From Candidatus Micrarchaeia archaeon (GTDB taxonomy: Archaea > Micrarchaeota > Micrarchaeia > CAILAH01), in assembly GCA_049970015.1 (NCBI GenBank), contig JBMFNT010000017.1, forward strand, positions 6,012-18,421: a DNA stretch of 12,410 nucleotides, read 5' to 3'. Below, piece after piece: positions 1 to 6,530 of this stretch. Within the stretch, counting starts at the first letter, position 1. Each line of letters begins with the position of its first letter. The notes below the pieces were generated by a model, which saw nothing but the letters and a program-made list of their open reading frames with translations, did not search any database and was not told the DNA's origin. Both the position numbers and the translations under genes were made by a program.

Positions 1-397
1 CAGTACAATCCCATCTGCTGCAATCAATCCTAAGATTAGTGGATACCTGAAACTGGGCACAAGCATTATTGATAAAATGAAAATAGCTATGAGTGTGAAG
101 ATTGATTCAAGATATGCCTTGTTTAGCCATCCATAAACCACCAATATGATGACGAGTAAGGCAAATATGTATAAATGGATGAAGAATCCCACATCCTTTA
201 GTGGTGGTGTGTCACGCCTTTGAGCAGTGCAATCCCATCTGCTGCAATCAATCCTAAGATTAGTGGATACCTGAAACTGGGCACAAGCATTATTGATAAA
301 ATGAAAATAGCTATGAGTGTGAAGATTGATTCAAGATATGCCTTGTTTAGCCATCCATAAACCACCAATATGATGACGAGTAAGGCAAATATGTATA
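1..397. repeat. Direct duplication (period 224 bp): 1-173 copies 225-397, the near-3' end of the M50-like gene
   Basis: 172/173 identical by direct comparison; the only mismatch is A5 vs G229. The copy may continue beyond the left edge. Confidence 0.95.
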
Positions 398-1091
398 TCA
401 TAATATATGCAGTAAGCGTGTTTTGCACAATAATTATTCCATAATCAGAAATCTTGAACCCCTCAATATATGATATGTACATTACAGCTATTGCAACGAG
501 AGACCCTATGAGCACCATCCCCTTGGCATTTTTAACAAATTCAATCACACTACGTAAATCACCAGCACTTGAGGCAGCACCAGGAGCGAGCACCACTGCA
601 GCATACAAGAGCAGAACATCCTTTAACTCATCCATCATTGAAATGTCAGAAACAAATTCAAAGAAATTTTTTACCAAAATATGCGATGAAAAAAAGCCAA
701 CTGCATCATATGAGTTTAAGTATATAAGCAACCCTATAAAGATAAAGGGAAGTATAAATGTTGGCCCAAACCCAGCTATGAACACTGAAGCCATACCAAA
801 AATGTTTTTTTCGTACTTTACAGAGACCTGCCCCCTCTCTTCATGCAGATTGATGCCGATGATATTGCTCCCGCTTATTATTGCCGGAATGAGATGCCCA
901 AAAAACTCATGTATTATTACAGCAGGCCTGTTAAAAACATCCCCAATTATTGGGACAAGCGTTAGCTTAAGGAATAACCATCTGTACATAAGAGTCATCA
1001 TTATGTGCTGTATAATAATTGCCACGGCGAATAGTGCAAAAAATATACCTATGCTTTCAATAGGAGAGTTGGCCACAATCTGATTTACCAC
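198..1091 (-). CDS. Polytopic membrane protein, putative M50/M50B-like zinc metalloprotease
   Basis: Many hydrophobic segments. IIHEFFGH Zn motif (HExxxH variant), then a beta-rich segment, IAGFGP, and a later ASSAGD candidate third-ligand Asp, in the order seen in M50B-like proteins. Confidence 0.6.
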   Translation of the reverse strand: MVNQIVANSPIESIGIFFALFAVAIIIQHIMMTLMYRWLFLKLTLVPIIGDVFNRPAVIIHEFFGHLIPAIISGSNIIGINLHEERGQVSVKYEKNIFGMASVFIAGFGPTFILPFIFIGLLIYLNSYDAVGFFSSHILVKNFFEFVSDISMMDELKDVLLLYAAVVLAPGAASSAGDLRSVIEFVKNAKGMVLIGSLVAIAVMYISYIEGFKISDYGIIIVQNTLTAYIMIYIFALLVIILVVYGWLNKAYLESIFTLIAIFILSIMLVPSFRYPLILGLIAADGIALLKGVTHHH

Positions 1092-1104
1092 TAAAAAATA
1101 TTAA

Positions 1105-1350
1105 CTATCTGTTATATTTTGTCATGAACCTCTTCTTTTTCTTCTCGAATATTTTTCTGTGCTTGGCACAGCTTATGCAATAGTAGACCTTTCTCATATC
1201 AGTAAATGTGACATCGTCCGCACTCCTAAGCTCAGTCGAATACCTTACTCTCCTGAAATCTTGTACAGCCTTACTTCGCGGGACACTCCTACCACATGAT
1301 GCACAAGTCATTATAGGGTCACGGCCTCTTCCTTTCTTTCCTTTTGACAT
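1105..1350 (-). CDS. rps26e: 30S ribosomal protein S26e (eS26)
   Basis: GRGR..CASCGRSVPRSKA and YYCISCAKH Zn-binding signatures; basic 81-aa protein; purine-rich RBS upstream. Confidence 0.93.
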   Translation of the reverse strand: MSKGKKGRGRDPIMTCASCGRSVPRSKAVQDFRRVRYSTELRSADDVTFTDMRKVYYCISCAKHRKIFEKKKKRFMTKYNR

Positions 1351-1359
1351 AACATTCCC

Positions 1360-2037
1360 TCATTCTATCCTTATTCCGTTAAGTAGGAATATTTTTGCTG
1401 ACTTTTTTATAAATATATCTTCTCTTAGGAGAGGGGAGATAGGCCTTTCACTGCTGCCAAAAGTGCTACCTGCCCCTGAAATGTAGGATGCAAATGATGG
1501 AAAGCAAACTAACTTCATATTTTTGTTTGCTGTGTTTTTTCTGTAATACTTTTTCAGATTGTGTATACTTCCCATTATCCACACAGGCACCTTAAGCATC
1601 CATCCTTCTCCAAACACTTTTGATGGATGAACATGTCCTATTGCCAGTGTGCCACAAGCAAGCAATTCCTCATCAGGCCATGCATGCCCGTGCAAAAACC
1701 CAACATTTCCAATTCGAACACCTCCCGGCCCATGCACCTTACAATAATCAGAATACTTCTCAATATTACCATCGTGATTTCCTTTTGTTATGTGCAGCTC
1801 ATACCTTGAACCAATCTCCTTTATGAACTGTGCTGCCCCATACTCTCCCTTCGTTATACTTTTTTTGACATCACCAAGGATCAACAGCTTGCTCTTACCT
1901 GTGCTTTCCAAAATCTCTTCAACCTCACACGCAGCAACCTTCCAATGTCCTTTTACATCATCTATGTGTATATCGGATATAATAATCCATTTCCCGAATA
2001 CTGCTGCGGGCAGGTTGTACAGGAATTTGAGCTTCAT
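1360..2037 (-). CDS. Calcineurin-like metallophosphoesterase (COG1407-like)
   Basis: All five motifs present in order: SDIH, LGDV, GNHD, HGH, GHVHP. Confidence 0.88.
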   Translation of the reverse strand: MKLKFLYNLPAAVFGKWIIISDIHIDDVKGHWKVAACEVEEILESTGKSKLLILGDVKKSITKGEYGAAQFIKEIGSRYELHITKGNHDGNIEKYSDYCKVHGPGGVRIGNVGFLHGHAWPDEELLACGTLAIGHVHPSKVFGEGWMLKVPVWIMGSIHNLKKYYRKNTANKNMKLVCFPSFASYISGAGSTFGSSERPISPLLREDIFIKKSAKIFLLNGIRIE

Positions 2038-2085
2038 AATGAAGTATGAGAAATATTTAAATATAAATTTTTCTCAAATACATTC
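2038..2085. promoter_or_regulatory. Bidirectional archaeal promoter (BRE + TATA on both strands), probably leaderless
   Basis: + strand: GAGAAA 2048-2053 then TTTAAATA 2056-2063, about 26 nt before ATG 2086. - strand: GAGAAAAA 2075-2068 then TTTATATT 2067-2060, about 27 nt before ATG 2037. Confidence 0.7.
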
Positions 2086-3585
2086 ATGAACAAGTATCAT
2101 ATGGTGGCATCAAAGGAAATGCTTGCCAGGATGAATGAGCGTGCGGTTGAGTTCCTAAGAAAAAAATCTGTTTCAAGTGACATAATTGCACATAATCAGC
2201 ATTTGTTTTGTGAACTTGCTGTTTCAATCAATGGTGGGATGCTTGATGCCAGGGAAAGTGCAAAGAAAGGGGCAATAGATCTGCTTCTTCTTGCGCTATA
2301 CCATGAGAACCTGGGTTCATGTAAGCAATTCCCTGATGAAGTCAAAGCAAGAATTTCAGACTTGTTTGAGCAGTTTATTGACCTTAAGAAGCGGGACATT
2401 TCACCTAAGGATACTTGGACATTTTACTCAGAGATTCCAAAGAACAACTTACCTCTCCTATTGTTCAGGATTTTGGACCTTGCGCATATACCATGCAACA
2501 AGGAGTTTCTCACAAAAATAGGGTTTGATGAAAGGAGGTATGAGGAGCAGCTGAATAATCTTGCAAAAACTATACTCTATACATACACTCCATATGCAGA
2601 TATACTTGGGCTTGGGAGCGCAGTGAACAGGCTGAGAAACATATCCGCAAGCGTCCTATACCCGGAGACATATACACATGTCAAGACAGTTATAGGTAGT
2701 GAGAGAGGAAACCTTGAAAAAATCCGTAATAAGTTTGATCTTGTTCTTCGTGAACTTGTGAATGAGGCAGTCATACTGAATGGGATTTCTATATGCCCAG
2801 TATACAATAATGAAAGAGTTATATCAAGAATAAAATCTCCTGGGAGCATAACATTCAAGCTTGTCTCCTATGGAATGAATGCAGAGGATGTAAAGACCTT
2901 GCATGATATAGTTGCATTTACAATCCTTCCGGCTACGGTTAAAGATATATACATGTTTTATAGTTTGCTCAAAGACAAGTTAGGGGATTCAATACTGTCC
3001 GTTGACGATTATATAATCAATCCAAAGCCAACCACAGGTTATCAGTCCTTGCATATAGATGTGCTTGTGGATGGCTATAGCGTAGAGCTACAGCTAAAAA
3101 CCCCTGAGATGTACCAAAGGTGTGATAAAGGAGATTGGGCACATGTATTTATCAAGCCAAGCAAGATCAGTAAGGACGCCTTTAAGTACATGGCTTCTTA
3201 CAGTGGAATACTGTACAATGCCTCCACTGAACATATTGAGAGCGTTCTTAACAGCATGCGCTCCAACAGGCTTATCAAGCTGTGTGTTGATGTTAATGGC
3301 CATAAGAAACATGTAGAACTTCCTAAGGATGCAAGGATATTTGACCTAGTATGTATGGTATCCAACCCGAAATTAGGGAACACAATAAGGTCAGCACAGA
3401 CAAATAGAAATTATTCTTACTTTGATAAGGTACCGGAGAATGAGGTACTGCTTGAGATAACAACCAATAATGAAAGGATGATTTCTTACCAGAGGCTGCG
3501 TGATTTGCTACATGTGTGCACAACAAAAGAGGCACATGATTTTATAAGGACGGCCCTGAGAAAAATGAAGTGTAATAAGAAGTAA
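2086..3585 (+). CDS. Long RelA/SpoT homologue (RSH): degenerate HD domain, (p)ppGpp synthetase domain, TGS-like and AH-like C-terminus; no ZFD/ACT
   Basis: Linker LAKTILYTYTPYADILGL..LYPETY resembles Rel IAxETLxIYAPLAHRLG..LxPxxY. SYNTH motifs RIKSPGSITFK, HDIVAF, DDYIINPKPTTGYQSLH, VELQLKTPEM, GDWAH. TGS-like ELPKDARIFDL. AH-like DLLHVCTTKEAHDFIR. Confidence 0.85.
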   Translation: MNKYHMVASKEMLARMNERAVEFLRKKSVSSDIIAHNQHLFCELAVSINGGMLDARESAKKGAIDLLLLALYHENLGSCKQFPDEVKARISDLFEQFIDLKKRDISPKDTWTFYSEIPKNNLPLLLFRILDLAHIPCNKEFLTKIGFDERRYEEQLNNLAKTILYTYTPYADILGLGSAVNRLRNISASVLYPETYTHVKTVIGSERGNLEKIRNKFDLVLRELVNEAVILNGISICPVYNNERVISRIKSPGSITFKLVSYGMNAEDVKTLHDIVAFTILPATVKDIYMFYSLLKDKLGDSILSVDDYIINPKPTTGYQSLHIDVLVDGYSVELQLKTPEMYQRCDKGDWAHVFIKPSKISKDAFKYMASYSGILYNASTEHIESVLNSMRSNRLIKLCVDVNGHKKHVELPKDARIFDLVCMVSNPKLGNTIRSAQTNRNYSYFDKVPENEVLLEITTNNERMISYQRLRDLLHVCTTKEAHDFIRTALRKMKCNKK

Positions 3586-3595
3586 AGGTAACTAT

Positions 3596-3861
3596 AACTG
3601 CTTATGTACCATAATCAATGTATTCAGTGAATTTTTTATTTTCTTTCGCCATATACATGCATAAACCATAATCAATGTATTCAATGAATTATTTCTCTCA
3701 TTTTCACATGCATAGACATGTTATGTACCATAATCAATGTATTCAATGAATTATTTCTCTCATTTTCACATGCATAAACATGTTATGTACCATAATCAAT
3801 GTGGCCAGTGAATTTTTTATTTTCTTTCCCCATATTCATCCATAAACTGCTTATGTACCAT
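3596..3861. repeat. Degenerate tandem repeat (about 57-68 bp unit, about 4 copies) derived from the 3' end of the AAA gene
   Basis: ACCATAATCAATGT occurs at 3608, 3665, 3727 and 3789. 3665-3726 and 3727-3788 differ by 1 nt. 3625-3666 matches 3806-3847 with 3 mismatches. AACTGCTTATGTACCAT occurs at 3596 and 3845. Confidence 0.9.
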
Positions 3862-6507
3862 CAGCATATCCAATGTCAGTGAAGGCCTTCTTTTAATAAG
3901 CACTTTTAGCACATCATCAGTTGTGAGCTTTGACTCGCTTCTCCCCGCAATGCTTTTCCTTACTAGCATAAACTTGGCCTCCTGGCAAACACTGTTTATA
4001 TCAGCACCAGTAAACCCTTCACTTGCAATCGCAAGCTTTTCATAATCTACTTCCTCCTTTGGCACTTTTTCAAGGAATTTCCTGAACATCTCGGCCCTCT
4101 GCTCTTTTAGTGGGGGAGGTACGAATATGATTTTGTCAAGCCGCCCAGGTCTTAGCAATGCCTTGTCTAGCATATCTGGCTTGTTGGTCGCACCTATTAG
4201 CAATACCCCTTTCAACTCCTTCATTCCATCCATTTCCTGAAGAAGCTGTGTCACCACATCCTCCACATATTTTGAGCTGTAAAGGTCCCTGCTTGGCGCA
4301 ACACTCTCTATCTCATCAATAAATACAATTGATGGGGTATTTTCACGTGCCCTGTTGAAAGTTTCCCTTATTACAGCAACTGCGCCCTCATACCCTCTTT
4401 TTAACAACTCGGCACCGCTTATGGTTATAACATTTACATTGAGCTCGTTTGCTGCTGCTTTCACAATAAGTGTCTTACCCGTGCCTGGCGGCCCAAACAT
4501 GAGAATTCCTTTTGGTGGCTTGACATCATACTTTTCTAACAGCTCAGAATGGAGTAATGGTATTTCTATTGCTTCTATAAGTGCCCTTCTTACATCATCC
4601 AGCCCAACCACATCCTTCCATGTCACAGTCTTCTCCTTTTCCTTTTCTTCTCCAACCCTTCGTTCATAATCAAGCCTGAACCTCTCATAGTCATCAAGCA
4701 TTGCCAACGAAGTGCTTGGCTTAATTGCTTTCAAAACCTTCTCAAAATGCTCTTTTTCCACGGGTACAATCTCTTCCTTTTCAGCAGCCGCCTTTGCAGC
4801 AAGCCGTACAGCTTCCCTGCACAAGTTTGACAGGTCAGCCCCGGAGAACCTTTCCGTTCTTTTTGCAATCTCTTTTAGATCAACTCCTTTTCCAAGCGGT
4901 ATATTTTTTGTGTGTATACTAAGTATTTTTAGCCTGCCTTCATAATCTGGCAGGTGCATGTATATGATTTTATCAAGTCTCCCAGGCCTTAATAGTGCCT
5001 TGTCCAGCATGTGTGGCACGTTTGTTGCACCCACAACGAGCACGTTACTTTCTGCCGAGAGCCCATCCATCTCTGTAAGGATTGTACTGAGAACGCGTGC
5101 AGCGGCCTCATCACCCCTGCTGTACTCCCTACTCTTTCCTATTGCATCTATTTCATCAAAGAATAACACAGCAGGTGCATTTTTTCGCGCAATATTAAAT
5201 ATCTCACTCACATTCCGTTCCGACTCGCCGAAGTATGGAGAGAGTAGCTGTGAGGCCTTAACATAGTAAAAGCCGACCTCAAGCTCTTTTGCAAGCGCCC
5301 GCATCAAAAGTGTTTTACCTGTACCAGGTGGTCCGAACAATAGTATACCTTTGGGTGGTTTTATCCCGTATGCCATTGTTATGTCTTTTCTCTTGAACGG
5401 CATGAGTATTGCAGTCTTGAGCTCCTTCTTAACATCCTCATAATTCCCTATATCACTGAGCTTTGTTGTTGATACAAGCCCAAGGTCTTGTACTCCAAAC
5501 TTTGCAAACTTCTCTTCCTTCTCTTTTAGCACGGCGCTTGTTTGCCCGGCTATATATGTACCTTTCCTGTCAAGGTAATATATGAGAACGGTTGTAAGCG
5601 CAACATACACTATTATCTCTGCCCTGAAAATGCTTCCTGTAAGCATGGCCATTGTAAAGTGAAGTGGTATGAAGGCCCAGAATATGAGTGTTGCGATAGT
5701 CTGTTCATACCTATGACTTATTATACCTGGAATGTATGATGCAATGTACATTATCCCTCCGATTGCAAGCACTTGGATTAGGCCAACATCACCGAAGAGC
5801 ATTGTAAAAGTGGCATTTGCAACAAGGTTTATGAGCGGGTTTATGTATATTATTACTTCTGGGCTGAACATGCCTGAGACTGCACTTGACAATGCAGTGA
5901 ATATGTTTAGTACGGGCAGTGGTGGTTTTGCTGGCAATAGTAAGTCGGATGGCACGCTTGCCCGCATATCATCGTAAAGCTGATGGTTGAGCACAAGGAA
6001 TGCATTGTTGTCAACCCCCCATATTGCAGTAAGCAGGAGGACAAGGTATATTGCGGGCAGGGTTATCATGAGGCTTCTCTTTGCACCCAGCCTGAGTGCT
6101 GAGAGGAACATTACTGGGATTATTATGCCCCCTATAAACCCAAACCCCTTTGCAAATGGTGCAAATATGAGTATTTCCAGGAGTGCTAGTATATACCAGT
6201 ACCTGAATGCAGCAACAAGGCTTATGCTTAGGGCAAGCGTAAATATCCAACCCAGCACTGATGACTGGTATGCAACAGCAATGTTGCCAAGCAGGACGCT
6301 AACTATTGTTCCCAGGGCAGGATGACTGTATCCAATGAATGCAGGTATGAGTGCAATGAACGGGATAAAGTATGCAGGAAAGAGCGGGAATGCAAGCAAT
6401 ACTGAGAGCGTTGCAATGTATATTAAAATGGCACTTAGAAATCTTTCATTTTTTTCTATTGTGTATACAAGCGCCATTACTTTCTGTGCATAAAGGTTGC
6501 TACTCAT
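3817..6507 (-). CDS. Membrane-anchored double-AAA+ ATPase (Cdc48/VAT-like tandem AAA modules with an N-terminal polytopic membrane domain)
   Basis: Two GPPGTGKT Walker A motifs, Walker B FFDEID and FIDEIE, and two ATNxPxMLDKALLRPGRLD SRH motifs. The N-terminal ~310 aa are strongly hydrophobic. Start uncertain (TTG 6528, ATG 6507 or ATG 6477). Confidence 0.88.
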   Translation of the reverse strand: MSSNLYAQKVMALVYTIEKNERFLSAILIYIATLSVLLAFPLFPAYFIPFIALIPAFIGYSHPALGTIVSVLLGNIAVAYQSSVLGWIFTLALSISLVAAFRYWYILALLEILIFAPFAKGFGFIGGIIIPVMFLSALRLGAKRSLMITLPAIYLVLLLTAIWGVDNNAFLVLNHQLYDDMRASVPSDLLLPAKPPLPVLNIFTALSSAVSGMFSPEVIIYINPLINLVANATFTMLFGDVGLIQVLAIGGIMYIASYIPGIISHRYEQTIATLIFWAFIPLHFTMAMLTGSIFRAEIIVYVALTTVLIYYLDRKGTYIAGQTSAVLKEKEEKFAKFGVQDLGLVSTTKLSDIGNYEDVKKELKTAILMPFKRKDITMAYGIKPPKGILLFGPPGTGKTLLMRALAKELEVGFYYVKASQLLSPYFGESERNVSEIFNIARKNAPAVLFFDEIDAIGKSREYSRGDEAAARVLSTILTEMDGLSAESNVLVVGATNVPHMLDKALLRPGRLDKIIYMHLPDYEGRLKILSIHTKNIPLGKGVDLKEIAKRTERFSGADLSNLCREAVRLAAKAAAEKEEIVPVEKEHFEKVLKAIKPSTSLAMLDDYERFRLDYERRVGEEKEKEKTVTWKDVVGLDDVRRALIEAIEIPLLHSELLEKYDVKPPKGILMFGPPGTGKTLIVKAAANELNVNVITISGAELLKRGYEGAVAVIRETFNRARENTPSIVFIDEIESVAPSRDLYSSKYVEDVVTQLLQEMDGMKELKGVLLIGATNKPDMLDKALLRPGRLDKIIFVPPPLKEQRAEMFRKFLEKVPKEEVDYEKLAIASEGFTGADINSVCQEAKFMLVRKSIAGRSESKLTTDDVLKVLIKRRPSLTLDMLMVHKQFMDEYGERK

Positions 6508-6530
6508 CACCAAATACTTTGTTTGCAAAC

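Noticed and set aside
1..397. Diversity-generating retroelement TR/VR pair, or att-site duplication
   Set aside because: The single mismatch is T vs C on the sense strand, not adenine-specific. No reverse transcriptase or integrase is in the window, and the copies are only 51 bp apart. The AAA 3' copy also has non-adenine mismatches.
2086..3585. Assigning relA or spoT as gene symbol, or calling it a pseudogene
   Set aside because: Subfamily cannot be fixed without phylogeny. The ORF is uninterrupted, has a well-placed promoter and retains most SYNTH residues.
3596..3861. Mini CRISPR array
   Set aside because: The would-be spacers are copies of each other and of the AAA gene end, the constant core is only about 14-20 nt, and no cas genes are present.
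3817..6507. Labelling the AAA gene ftsH or canonical cdc48
   Set aside because: No M41 HExxH protease domain, two AAA modules, no soluble N-domain and no HbYX tail.
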